DNA from: a bacterium
GTDB taxonomy: Bacteria > Patescibacteriota > Minisyncoccia > Phycocordibacterales > Phycocordibacteraceae
Assembly (NCBI GenBank): GCA_023269085.1
Contig: JAHFML010000001.1
Location: 108,578-172,577 of the forward strand
Direction of reading: 5' to 3'
Length of the DNA stretch: 64,000 nucleotides
Part shown: one piece after another, positions 38,101 to 47,636 of the stretch
Numbering within the stretch: position 1 is the stretch's first letter
Layout of the letters: each line of letters opens with the position of its first letter
The notes under the pieces: generated by a model
Databases searched by the model: none
The model's input: the letters and a program-made list of their open reading frames with translations, nothing else
Told to the model about the DNA's origin: nothing
Position numbers and translations under genes: made by a program

Positions 38101-38205
38101 ACTATGCGCGCTTCTTAGCGGCGGTGCGCTTCTTAGCAGCCTTCTTGACTGCCTTCTTCGCGACCTTCTTGACGGTCTTCTTCACTGCTCGTTTCTTTGT
38201 TGCCA
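38101..38205 (-). CDS. unannotated 34-aa lysine-rich basic peptide (MATKKRAVKKTVKKVAKKAVKKAAKKRTAAKKRA)
   Basis: Manual translation; ATG at 38203-38205 (minus), TAG at 38101-38103. AKK/VKK periodicity resembles histone H1/Hc1-like tails. Below the ORF-track size cutoff. Confidence 0.4.
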
Positions 38206-38299
38206 TGGTGGTTGTGAATTAGAAATGATTACTGATAGGTCGACCCGTCTGCGCGTAAATAGTTTTATGCACAAACGTTCCTACACAACATTATCGCGC

Positions 38300-38390
38300 G
38301 TAAAAAATATTTGTGTGCACGAAAAAATATTTTGTGTGGATAACTCACGCGAAAATATTTTTATAAAAAATATTTTCGCGTGAGTTATTT
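38300..38390. promoter_or_regulatory. AT-rich region with two direct AAAAAATATTT(T)GTGTG repeats and a 22-bp-arm inverted repeat (38340-38361 / 38367-38388) around AAAATATTTT
   Basis: Seen in sequence: ataactcacgcgaaaatatttt-tataa-aaaatattttcgcgtgagttat. Position suits a terminator for the 38555..40726 gene and/or an operator for the small basic ORF and secA. Confidence 0.5.
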
Positions 38391-38554
38391 TCATTCGACC
38401 TCACCAAGGTATTCGACTTCGCGTTCAAGAGAGACGCCAAAAATATTTTCCACCGCCATCTGCATGTCGCGCGCGAGACGCGCGATGTCGCTCGCGTGCG
38501 CGCCGCCGATGTCAAACGTCGTGAGTGGCGCGAGCGGGACGTTCTCTCTGAGAA

Positions 38555-40726
38555 TCATTTCACCTTCCCTTGTATCTGCGCGATCGCGGCCGCACCGGCA
38601 CTCGCCGCGTCAGGGAACTTCGCAACCGCGATATGAATCGTCGTAATCGCACCGGCTGAGTCACCCGCAGCATACTGCGCCGCTGCGAGCCCGAACCACA
38701 TTTGCGCGGTCGCACCCTCCGCATGAGCGCGCATATTCCAGATAGCGACAAGACGCGACCATGCCTTCGCATGGTAATAGGCTGACGCGAGCACATCGCT
38801 GTCGACGGTCGTCGTACCATAGGCGCGTTGCAGGATTATATCCGCGCCGGAGAGATCGCCCACACCGATGTCACCCGCCGCGGCATAGGTCGCGAGATCC
38901 CTGAACTTTGGTGCGAGCGCGTATGCCGAGGCGAAGTCGGCTTGCGCCGCTTTGAAGTCACCCTGCCCCCATTCGATACCTCCTGCCTCGATGAAGATGA
39001 CCTCCTTCTGGGGCGAGAGTTTCTGAGCCGTCTTCACCTCTTTAAGCGCGCTCGCACTGTCACCTATCGCGCGATAGGCATACGAGAGCTCGAGATACTC
39101 GCGAGCATCAGAGGGATATGCCGCAACCTGCTTCTGCATCTCGCCAACGGCGAGTGCGGTCGCCTGCCCCTTCTCGATATCCGTCGCATCCTTACTCTGT
39201 GCGACCGACGCGGCGAAGCTGACGATCTGTTCGCGGACTTCCTGCACCGCGAACGCTGGGTGGTCGGCAAGATCTTTGAAGACCGCGAGATTCCCCGAGA
39301 CGCCCGCGGCCGCGGGCGTAAGTGCGGTAATCAATTTCGTCGCAACCTCCATACCGGGTACGTTGACCGTCCAGACGAGCGCGAGGGCGACCACGGCCGC
39401 TATCGGGAGTGCATACGTTATCGCATCTTCGGCGCCGATGACCGGTCGCTCTTCGCACCGCACTATCGGCCGTGCGACCTGCGAATCGATGAGTGCGAGT
39501 ATCGCGAAGAAATAGATATAAGAATAGATATTATCGAAGACGAAGAGATTGTGCACCGCATAGCCGACGAGCGCTGCGGTGAGCGCGATGCGCTCTGGGC
39601 GCGAGAGCTCTGAGCTCCGCCACAAGAGCGTGATAGCCGAGACAAAGAGCCCGATATAGAGCAGGAACGCCGGTACGCCTCCTGCGGTCATCCAATCCAT
39701 GAACGCGTTATGCGCGCGATCGAACCACTGCTCTTGCTGGTATAGCGATGGCTCATAATAGGTATTGAAGACATAATTGAACCCTTCTTGCCCCCAGCCG
39801 ACGATCGGGCGCTCCGCGACACCCTCAAGCGCCATGTGCCAGATAGTGAAGCGCGTTGAGCCGTCGGCGAGCGAGATCGACGCGACCCGCTGTAAGACAT
39901 GATTCTGCTGCACGAATGCCGATGAGCGGATAAGGAGGAACCCGCCGACGATAACCACGAGGCCGACCATCGCGAACATCGCATACTGGCGAACCTTCTT
40001 CCCGGCGGTAAGCGCCGTGAGCACCGCGGCGACGCCGAGACCGAGCACGAGACCGATGATCGTACCGCGCGTCTCGGTGAAGAAGATGAGCATACCCTCA
40101 AGCGTCGCAAGCGCGATGAGCGACCACGTGAGCCACGCGCGCCGCTCGGTGAGCGCGAGCCAGAGCGCGATGAACATGCTGAAGAGAAAATAGATCGCGA
40201 GATACGCCGAGTTGCCCAAGGTCGCGTCGATGCGCGTCGAGCCCTGATGGATAGCGAGCGCCCCGCCGAGCTGGAGAAGCGCGTAGCCCGCCACGACGAG
40301 CGAGACCGCGAGCGAGGTGAGAAACCACGCGCGCCACTTCTTCTCGACGCGCAAGACCGCGCCGGAGGCGACGAAGAAGCCGAGCAGGTGGACGAGCAGG
40401 ACCCAGCCCTCCATGCGTTCGAAGTTGCTCCAGAAGGCCTTGGCGACATTCACGGCGAAGAGATCGGCGATGAACATCCACGCAACGAACGCGACGACCA
40501 TGATGCCGATCCACGACACGCGCGGCCGATACTCCTTATCGAGGAGTGCAAGCACCCCCCACGCGCACACCGCTATCTCGACCAGGATCCTGAAGAAGAA
40601 CGCCTTGCCGGTGATAAAAGGGAAGAAATATGTGTCGGCCACGAGAAGCGGCGTGAGCGGAATGAGAAAGAGCGCCCCGAGCGCCACCCACCGCGCCACC
40701 TGTCGTGCTGTTTGATTGTTTTGCAT
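38555..40726 (-). CDS. O-antigen ligase (Wzy_C) family polytopic membrane protein with a C-terminal TPR-like domain
   Basis: More than 10 TM helices, then a soluble region of about 250 aa (AYRAIGDSASALKEVKTAQKL… TPR-like). The Wzy_C-type loop …FTETRGTIIGLVLG… is present. Confidence 0.7.
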   Translation of the reverse strand: MQNNQTARQVARWVALGALFLIPLTPLLVADTYFFPFITGKAFFFRILVEIAVCAWGVLALLDKEYRPRVSWIGIMVVAFVAWMFIADLFAVNVAKAFWSNFERMEGWVLLVHLLGFFVASGAVLRVEKKWRAWFLTSLAVSLVVAGYALLQLGGALAIHQGSTRIDATLGNSAYLAIYFLFSMFIALWLALTERRAWLTWSLIALATLEGMLIFFTETRGTIIGLVLGLGVAAVLTALTAGKKVRQYAMFAMVGLVVIVGGFLLIRSSAFVQQNHVLQRVASISLADGSTRFTIWHMALEGVAERPIVGWGQEGFNYVFNTYYEPSLYQQEQWFDRAHNAFMDWMTAGGVPAFLLYIGLFVSAITLLWRSSELSRPERIALTAALVGYAVHNLFVFDNIYSYIYFFAILALIDSQVARPIVRCEERPVIGAEDAITYALPIAAVVALALVWTVNVPGMEVATKLITALTPAAAGVSGNLAVFKDLADHPAFAVQEVREQIVSFAASVAQSKDATDIEKGQATALAVGEMQKQVAAYPSDAREYLELSYAYRAIGDSASALKEVKTAQKLSPQKEVIFIEAGGIEWGQGDFKAAQADFASAYALAPKFRDLATYAAAGDIGVGDLSGADIILQRAYGTTTVDSDVLASAYYHAKAWSRLVAIWNMRAHAEGATAQMWFGLAAAQYAAGDSAGAITTIHIAVAKFPDAASAGAAAIAQIQGKVK

Positions 40727-40769
40727 AGTACCGGAAACTATACCATAACGTAGTGTAGTATTACCCCAT

Positions 40770-42050
40770 ATGCCGACCCTACGGAACCGTCTCTACCACC
40801 TTCTCCGCGCGAGCGAGAAATACACCAAAACCGACATGGTGTATCTCGCCAAGGGCGGGTTCTGGATGAATCTCAACTATGTCGTAGTCAACACCATGGC
40901 TTTTGTTCTCTCTATCGCCTTTGCACATCTCCTATCAAAAGACGCCTACGGCATATATCAGTTTATTCTCGCTGTAGGAGCAATATTGAGCTCCTTGACT
41001 CTGACGGGGATGAACAGCGCCGTTATGCGAGCCGTGGCGCGAGGCAAAGAAGGCCCCCTGCAAGCATCGATTCCGATTCAGTTACGCTACAACAGCGGCG
41101 TCCTTGCCGTTGCGCTCGGCATTGCCATATATTACTGGTTCCATCAAAATGCGACGCTCGCCCTCGGCGTGTTGATCTTTGGTGCACTGATGCCTCTCTA
41201 TGCCACATTCAATACCTACACGGCGCTCATCGGAGGCAGAAAGGATTACTTCGGTGGGTTCATCTTCGGAACGATATTGAGCTTTGTTTATAGCGCTTGC
41301 ATGCTTGCCTCTCTTTTCTTCATACACAATCCTGCTCTCCTTATCTTTGTAAACATCGGCACCAACGCGCTCGTCACGGGCATTCTTTATCGAGTCGCTC
41401 TTGCGCACTACAAACCGAATGATGAGCAGGACCCTGACACCATCTCATACGGCAAACATCTCAGTTTCGCAAATATCATAACCTCTATCGCGAACAACGT
41501 AGACTCCATTCTCGTTTTTCACTTCATGGGCCCGTCGCTTCTCGCTCTGTACACATTCGCCGGTGCCATACCTGAACGCATGAACGGTATTTTGAAAAGC
41601 ATTCCGGTGCTTGCTTTTCCAAAATTGTCCACCAAACCTGTTGCTGAACTCCGCGGCGCGTTGGTGCGGAAATCATTGCAGTTCGCAGGCATCACTCTGC
41701 TTGTCACGATCATTTATACGGCCTGCACGGCTCCCCTATTCAGACTCTTGTTTCCGCAGTATCAAGATGCCGTTCTCTATTCGCAGGGCTACGCACTCGC
41801 TCTTGTCTTCGCATCGCTATTAAAGCTTCCGCTACAAGCTCTGACGGTAGCGCGGGCGCAAAAAGAGATTTACCTTTATAATCTCACCAGCGCTACAGTC
41901 TCTATAGTCCTGATGAGCGCGATGCTTATAGCATACGGAATCTGGGGGCTGATAGCGTCGCGAGCATTGAGTGGTATCGTCAATTATCTGCTTATTTTGT
42001 TCTTGTTCCCTTCAGGTGAAGCTAGCTCTGCTGCCGTGCTGTATGAATGA
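40770..42050 (+). CDS. Wzx-like oligosaccharide flippase (MOP superfamily polysaccharide biosynthesis protein)
   Basis: 426 aa with about 12 predicted TM helices and typical Wzx length and hydropathy. Confidence 0.7.
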   Translation: MPTLRNRLYHLLRASEKYTKTDMVYLAKGGFWMNLNYVVVNTMAFVLSIAFAHLLSKDAYGIYQFILAVGAILSSLTLTGMNSAVMRAVARGKEGPLQASIPIQLRYNSGVLAVALGIAIYYWFHQNATLALGVLIFGALMPLYATFNTYTALIGGRKDYFGGFIFGTILSFVYSACMLASLFFIHNPALLIFVNIGTNALVTGILYRVALAHYKPNDEQDPDTISYGKHLSFANIITSIANNVDSILVFHFMGPSLLALYTFAGAIPERMNGILKSIPVLAFPKLSTKPVAELRGALVRKSLQFAGITLLVTIIYTACTAPLFRLLFPQYQDAVLYSQGYALALVFASLLKLPLQALTVARAQKEIYLYNLTSATVSIVLMSAMLIAYGIWGLIASRALSGIVNYLLILFLFPSGEASSAAVLYE

Positions 42051-42876
42051 GATACCCCGAAGATTGAAGCAGTCTACATGGTGGCCAACCATCTTGAGAA
42101 TTCGGTCATTTCACTCTGACAAAAAACGCCGCGCGGCATACTTCGCGAATCTGGATACTGCGATACGACGCAAAAAAATCGTCGTGCATCTTCCCTATGG
42201 AGGTCTCGGCGATGTGCTGATATATTCGTCTCTGCCGCGACTACTCAAAGAACAGCTCAATGTCGACTTCTATCTCTCCGAAAGTTCTACAAAGGTCGTT
42301 CGCCACCCCGATATAATGAAATTGTGCTTCGAGATGAATCCGTTCTTCAAGGGGTTTGCGCCTGACAGCGAGGGTATCACGCTCGCCGGTTGGGATCGTC
42401 ACCGCTTCTTCTTTGTGCCAGAAAGAAATAGAATAGCGACTTACGAGCACCAATTCGGTCTGCGTGGTAATGGATTGCCAGAAATATTCTATACGCCCAA
42501 AAGCATTCCCTCCTTCGCGAATACTCTCCTTATAGACAAGAATATGATCGCCGGCAAAGCGCTCGGCTGGAAAGTATCTGAAGAATTCTTTTCTCACTTG
42601 ATCGAACAGGCAAAAAAACAAAGAAAGGCTGTCACGTATGTCGATCCAACGGGTCAGGATTTATTCACCTACGCCGATATGCTACATTCTTCTTGGCGAT
42701 TCGTGTGCCTATATTCTGGAAGCCACGCGCTCGCCGTAGCTCTGCATAAACCTGCGTATGTCGTCGTGCCTGAAAACTTCGACGGTGGCGGCATCGCAAA
42801 ATTCATCTATCCGCAATCTTCAGTAACCTATTTGAGAAAACGCAATATGAAAAGATATTTGTACCCGTATGAATGA
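42043..42876 (+). CDS. glycosyltransferase family 9-like (heptosyltransferase fold)
   Basis: KKIVVHLPYGGLGDVLIYSSLPRLLKEQ resembles the GT9 N-terminal motif (…GGLGD.l…P…lk…P). Start placed at MNEIPRRL. Confidence 0.55.
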   Translation: MNEIPRRLKQSTWWPTILRIRSFHSDKKRRAAYFANLDTAIRRKKIVVHLPYGGLGDVLIYSSLPRLLKEQLNVDFYLSESSTKVVRHPDIMKLCFEMNPFFKGFAPDSEGITLAGWDRHRFFFVPERNRIATYEHQFGLRGNGLPEIFYTPKSIPSFANTLLIDKNMIAGKALGWKVSEEFFSHLIEQAKKQRKAVTYVDPTGQDLFTYADMLHSSWRFVCLYSGSHALAVALHKPAYVVVPENFDGGGIAKFIYPQSSVTYLRKRNMKRYLYPYE

Positions 42877-43543
42877 GACTTCGAAATCGAAAAAGATATG
42901 GCGTGAGTCGGTAGAGCATTCGGTGCTGAAAGGGAAAGGCATCGACATCGGCGCTGGCAATGATCCGGTCGTACCGGATGTGAAGATATTTGATACGCTT
43001 GATGGCGACGCGAACGACATAACGAATTATGTGCACGAGCAGTTCGATTTCGTCTATGCATCTCATTGCCTCGAACACATGCATAATCCGGGGGAAACGC
43101 TCATCGACTGGTGGGCGCTCGTCAAGAAAGGCGGGCACCTGTTTTTTATCGTTCCTGATGAAGATCTGTACGAGCAAGGCGTCTTTCCGAGCAGGTTCAA
43201 TCCGGATCATAAGGCAACCTTCACTCTGTCGAAGACAAAGAGCTGGTCGCCTCGCTCCTTCAATGTCCTTGATCTCGCTCTATCGCTCCCTTCAGGAGAG
43301 ATCGTCAGTCTGGCGCTTCAAGACTATGCCTACGACCGATCACTTATGACCTTCGGGCCGCGGCGCGCACAAAATGTGTTCCTGCGATTCTTGATACGAG
43401 CATACGCCAAGATAATAAAACTGACTGGACGCGGGGGGATTTCTTTCATTGACGCTCATATTAGAAACTACGCGGCGATAGATCAAACAAGAAACAAGGA
43501 CACGCTCGCGCAAATACAATGCATTGTGCGAAAGACGGCATGA
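42869..43543 (+). CDS. class I SAM-dependent methyltransferase
   Basis: GIDIGAGND (motif I) and the FDFVYASHCLEHM pattern. Confidence 0.7.
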   Translation: MNETSKSKKIWRESVEHSVLKGKGIDIGAGNDPVVPDVKIFDTLDGDANDITNYVHEQFDFVYASHCLEHMHNPGETLIDWWALVKKGGHLFFIVPDEDLYEQGVFPSRFNPDHKATFTLSKTKSWSPRSFNVLDLALSLPSGEIVSLALQDYAYDRSLMTFGPRRAQNVFLRFLIRAYAKIIKLTGRGGISFIDAHIRNYAAIDQTRNKDTLAQIQCIVRKTA

Positions 43544-44529
43544 AAAAAGAAATTATCATCCTTACTCACAACGGCGGCGATATCGCGAACCAGCTTTGGA
43601 ACCATATCAGCATCGCCGCATACGCTCGCGAGCGCGGCTACGCGTGCGAAAATCACTCGTTCTTTGAGCATGCTGATGAATTCCCTCTCCTATATCCGAA
43701 CGACCGATTGGTGCGATTGGTATTCTTCCGCACGTTCTCCTTGATGCGCCGCTTATCGCTCGGACCGATAACCCAGCACCGCATACTCGTGCGCGTATGG
43801 CGCAGGGCATATGCTCTCTATGCGTTGTACATGAAAGGTCGTTTCTCAATTCTCGATGCTGGCAACGATTTCAATGCGCGCGGCGTATATCTCTTGCCGC
43901 CATCCGCTCCAGCAACCAGAGCGCTCGTTAGATTTGAAAGAGATTCGACGACGACGCTCCTATGCACCGGCTGGCTCTTCCGCAATCCAGAGGGGATCAG
44001 GCGCCACCACACATTTCTTATTGAGCTTCTCAAGCCACAAGAGGACACCTCCCTACGAGTCGCCTCTCGGCTCCAGCCGCTTCGAGCGCGATTCTCTCAT
44101 CTTGTCGGCGTTCATATACGCCAAGCCGACTATACCTATTTCAAAAACGGACGGTTCTACTTGTCGCCTGAACGTATGCGCACTATTATGGGAGAATATC
44201 TCTCCCGACAAAAGCGCGCGTCGGAAGACACTTGCTTCATCCTGTGCTCTGACGGTCCTTTGTCCGAAGATGATTTTACCGGTCTGCATACCGTTTTGTC
44301 GCTCGGCGACGCGGTTGGAGATTTATATGTGCTCGCTGGTTGCGATGTAATCATAGGATCGGACAGCACCTTCGGCGATCTTGCCGCGTATCTTGGTGAC
44401 ATTCCCCACATCATTGCAAAAAACTGCGCCATGGATTGGGCGTATTACGCCGATGTACACGCATGGTTCCCTAATCGCTACAGCTATGCGACGAGTCTCA
44501 ATGCCGATCGCGAGAACATTATTTCCTGA
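43540..44529 (+). CDS. glycosyltransferase family 11-like (alpha-1,2-fucosyltransferase fold)
   Basis: Resembles the GT11 N-terminal GGLGNQ(L/M)FQYA motif (here LTHNGGDIANQLWNHISIAAYA). The C-terminal half is conserved. Confidence 0.55.
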   Translation: MKKEIIILTHNGGDIANQLWNHISIAAYARERGYACENHSFFEHADEFPLLYPNDRLVRLVFFRTFSLMRRLSLGPITQHRILVRVWRRAYALYALYMKGRFSILDAGNDFNARGVYLLPPSAPATRALVRFERDSTTTLLCTGWLFRNPEGIRRHHTFLIELLKPQEDTSLRVASRLQPLRARFSHLVGVHIRQADYTYFKNGRFYLSPERMRTIMGEYLSRQKRASEDTCFILCSDGPLSEDDFTGLHTVLSLGDAVGDLYVLAGCDVIIGSDSTFGDLAAYLGDIPHIIAKNCAMDWAYYADVHAWFPNRYSYATSLNADRENIIS

Positions 44530-44544
44530 AAAAGCGAATTCCCG

Positions 44545-45231
44545 TTACGGTTTCGTCAGCAAAAGATGGAACGAGTCAAAAACTACTGCGCGCAGGCACC
44601 GATACACCAAACGCACGGCGAGACGAAACGCGACGGGCGTCATTTCATTGACGCGTTGCATGCGAATATCGATCACTTCAAAGCCGGCGGCTCGCGACAG
44701 AGCGCCGATGCTCTCGTAGGTATAATAATGCATATCTGCCAATCGCTGCCGCCCCGCATTCGCGTCTGTATAGTCTTTGTGTTTGCCAAAAATTCTGATA
44801 AAAGTATCCGCCATGCGCCGCGGTAACCAATTGACGCCATATAAATGAAAATGTTGGTCTTTCATGCCGTATCGGTTTGGCGCGCTGATATAGGCGCATC
44901 CTTCGCAAGACAAAATTCGAGACATCTCTCTGAGGACTTGTTCCGGGTCTTGCACATGCTCAATAACTTCCGACATATTCACAAAACTGAACGCGCCATC
45001 TGCAAAAGGGAGATGTTCGGCAACGCCGCGTCGTATGTCTATGGAAATACCGGCTTCACACGCGCGCTTCTGCGCCAGCTCGATGTATGCCTGGTTTATC
45101 TCTACGCCGATTGCCCTCGCTCCTTGTGCGGCGGCTTCAACCAAAAAACTTCCTTGTCCACAACCAAGGTCAAGTATCACCCTGCTTCGTAGGTCCGGGA
45201 CTTGCGCTACTAATCGTTCAAAATGTGACAC
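44545..45231 (-). CDS. class I SAM-dependent methyltransferase
   Basis: VILDLGCGQGSF (motif I), FSFVNMSEVIEHVQDP (Methyltransf_11-like). Confidence 0.75.
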   Translation of the reverse strand: MSHFERLVAQVPDLRSRVILDLGCGQGSFLVEAAAQGARAIGVEINQAYIELAQKRACEAGISIDIRRGVAEHLPFADGAFSFVNMSEVIEHVQDPEQVLREMSRILSCEGCAYISAPNRYGMKDQHFHLYGVNWLPRRMADTFIRIFGKHKDYTDANAGRQRLADMHYYTYESIGALSRAAGFEVIDIRMQRVNEMTPVAFRLAVRLVYRCLRAVVFDSFHLLLTKP

Positions 45232-45238
45232 GGTAAGG

Positions 45239-46327
45239 TTATTGTAAAATCTTGAGCGCGCGCGCTTCCCAAGTATACTTCTCGACTAGTGCGCGCGCGC
45301 GCCGCGCTTTTTCTTGAGCTCCTTCGGCATCATGAACGACCGTGCTGATGCGATGTGCGAGCGCTTGCGGATTATCAGGCGGAACAAAGTAGCAGGCGTC
45401 TTCACCGATGACTTCGCGGATACTCGGGAGATCGGCAGCGACAATTGGTTTCTCCGCCGCCATGTAGGTAAAAAGCTTCAGAGGTGATGTACTGGCGACA
45501 GAGATATCGTCTTTTCCGGTGTTCGGCAATACTAAAACATCTGCGGCCTGCTGATAACAGCCTATATCCCGATAAGGAACGAAGCCAACAAATATGACAG
45601 TCGGATACTGTTTCCGCAATATTTCCACTTGTCTCGGTTCTCCTCCGACAATAACAACCTTCATCGTGGGTGGCAGAAACGCCGCGGCATCAAGCAGCGT
45701 CTGTACACCCTTCCACCCATCGAGCCTCCCCAGATACATTACAACCAGCTCCCCCGCTCGTGCGAAAGATGCGCTCAACGCTTGAGCCTCTTTGACGTCA
45801 CATTGCAACTTCTTGATATCTACGCCATTACGCGCAAGCAAAAGATGACTTCCTGTCACAGACGCCGCGTACTTATGCAACGCACTCTCTGTCGTCACAA
45901 CAACGCGCCATGCCGCACGGAGCAATCTTCGTATAACGAAATTGATGCGGCCATCGTGCGATTCCCAAATAATATTCCGCTTGAAAAAGCTGATGGGATA
46001 CAACACGAACTCGTCGCGTGAAAATATACTGTCCGCATCATGAGAAAGCGCATATGCCAACGCAGAGAACGCGAATACCGCGGTCGCAAGAAGAAATCCT
46101 CTACGGCCGAATCTAACCGTGTCGATATTTGGCAGGCGGGTAATCGTAAAAATGCGCTCGACGTCATAATACGCAAACGAATCGTCCCTGATCGGTGTTG
46201 CCCGATTCGGCACGACGAGCTCGACCGTGTGCCCCGCCCGAGCAAACGCCTCGCAGGTCTTCATGATCTGGAGCCCGTGCGCCTTCTCGGTCGGCAAGCG
46301 GATATTCGCGAAGTAGAGGATAATCAT
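45239..46327 (-). CDS. glycosyltransferase family 4
   Basis: GT-B fold; the N-terminal EKAHGLQ and the C-terminal E-x7-E region are typical of GT4. Confidence 0.85.
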   Translation of the reverse strand: MIILYFANIRLPTEKAHGLQIMKTCEAFARAGHTVELVVPNRATPIRDDSFAYYDVERIFTITRLPNIDTVRFGRRGFLLATAVFAFSALAYALSHDADSIFSRDEFVLYPISFFKRNIIWESHDGRINFVIRRLLRAAWRVVVTTESALHKYAASVTGSHLLLARNGVDIKKLQCDVKEAQALSASFARAGELVVMYLGRLDGWKGVQTLLDAAAFLPPTMKVVIVGGEPRQVEILRKQYPTVIFVGFVPYRDIGCYQQAADVLVLPNTGKDDISVASTSPLKLFTYMAAEKPIVAADLPSIREVIGEDACYFVPPDNPQALAHRISTVVHDAEGAQEKARRARALVEKYTWEARALKILQ

Positions 46328-47001
46328 GCTGATTCAATACCCTTGGACGCGACAAAGAGATAGCCGAGCGGGTTGCGCGCCGCGCTTTGCGGACGCAAGA
46401 AGACGAACAACGCGTCGAAGATCCCACATGGCAGATACGCCATCGGCCGCATCCAACGCGGCAGGGAAAGCACGATGGTGTTGAAATTTGCGAGAATCGG
46501 CCCGCCACCGAGCGGAACGATGCGATGTTGGATAAAGCCGGTTTCCATAAAGAGCCGCGCGAGCGCCTCTCCAGTATAGCGGAAATAATCGTGCGGGTCA
46601 GGGTGGTAGCCGACCCAGAACGGTACGAAACCGATGAGCCGACCCGTGTTTGGCTTCGCTATTCGCGCCATTTCGCCGAGCAGGAATCGATAGTTATAGA
46701 TATGTTCGAGCACATTGCAGGCGATAATCGTATCGATGATACCGTCGGCGTAGGGCAATGCCTCATTCTCAAAATCGATACCTGAGAGGGAGCCGTCGAG
46801 CGCCTCGATACTCACTGTTGCGTCTTTCTTGAAGAAGTTGAAATAGTCCGGATGCCGTCCGCCGCCGACATCGACCACCCTGCCGTGCAGAGTCTCCTCG
46901 GCGAGCGCAGAATTCATATAGATGCGCGCGACGCTTTGACCGGCGAATAACTGCTTTGCGACAAAAAACGGGTTCGGTACCGGAGGTGTCACTATTGTCA
47001 T
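46324..47001 (-). CDS. SAM-dependent methyltransferase domain protein
   Basis: VVDVGGGRHPDYF and ACNVLEHIYN. The internal start MTIVTPP overlaps the upstream gene stop (ATGA). Confidence 0.65.
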   Translation of the reverse strand: MTIVTPPVPNPFFVAKQLFAGQSVARIYMNSALAEETLHGRVVDVGGGRHPDYFNFFKKDATVSIEALDGSLSGIDFENEALPYADGIIDTIIACNVLEHIYNYRFLLGEMARIAKPNTGRLIGFVPFWVGYHPDPHDYFRYTGEALARLFMETGFIQHRIVPLGGGPILANFNTIVLSLPRWMRPMAYLPCGIFDALFVFLRPQSAARNPLGYLFVASKGIESA

Positions 47002-47630
47002 GATATTTTCTTCGTGAGCGCGAAAAAGTGGTGATACTGATTCTCGAACGGCACGAACTCTTTTTCTATGATGAAATGCTTCTCGAGCGCGCGACGCACG
47101 CGACTCTGTGAGAAGCCGCGCTTCCCTATCTCCCAATAATGCTGGCCATTGAATACATGTTTGCGCGGCCACGGCATCTTAATTGCCAAGCGGATGCGCG
47201 ACACGAGCGGCACCTTGATCTCGATGCGGACCGACGGACCGAAGTGCGGCAGACTGATAAGCGCCGTTTTTTTTGAGATGCGCGCGAGCTCGCCGAGTGC
47301 CGTGTCAAATGCCTCAAAGGGCAGATGCTCGAGTACCTCAAACGCACAGACGACATCTTGCGAAGCATCCGGCACGGGGATCTCCGTTATCGGCGCGACG
47401 ATGTCTGGATGCACGTCAGCGGCAAAATCGACGCTCGTATAGGCAATACCAGCGTGGCGTAGCTGGTCGCCCACGATACCGTCGCCGATACCGACTTCGA
47501 GCACCGAACACGGCGCCTGCGCGAAGATTAGAGCGAGCTGATGATGGTAGCTCGCCCATCGGTCGATGGACACATACCGATCGAACGCGTACTCCCCGGC
47601 ATCAACTTGTTTCTGCATAGTGGCAAGCAT
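46998..47630 (-). CDS. SAM-dependent methyltransferase
   Basis: VLEVGIGDGIVG and CAFEVLEHLPFE. Confidence 0.7.
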   Translation of the reverse strand: MLATMQKQVDAGEYAFDRYVSIDRWASYHHQLALIFAQAPCSVLEVGIGDGIVGDQLRHAGIAYTSVDFAADVHPDIVAPITEIPVPDASQDVVCAFEVLEHLPFEAFDTALGELARISKKTALISLPHFGPSVRIEIKVPLVSRIRLAIKMPWPRKHVFNGQHYWEIGKRGFSQSRVRRALEKHFIIEKEFVPFENQYHHFFALTKKIS

Positions 47631-47636
47631 AGCAGA

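Noticed and set aside
39688-40449. 253-aa Ser/Arg-rich ORF overlapping the Wzy_C gene
   Set aside because: Alternative frame of the membrane-protein gene, with low-complexity composition.
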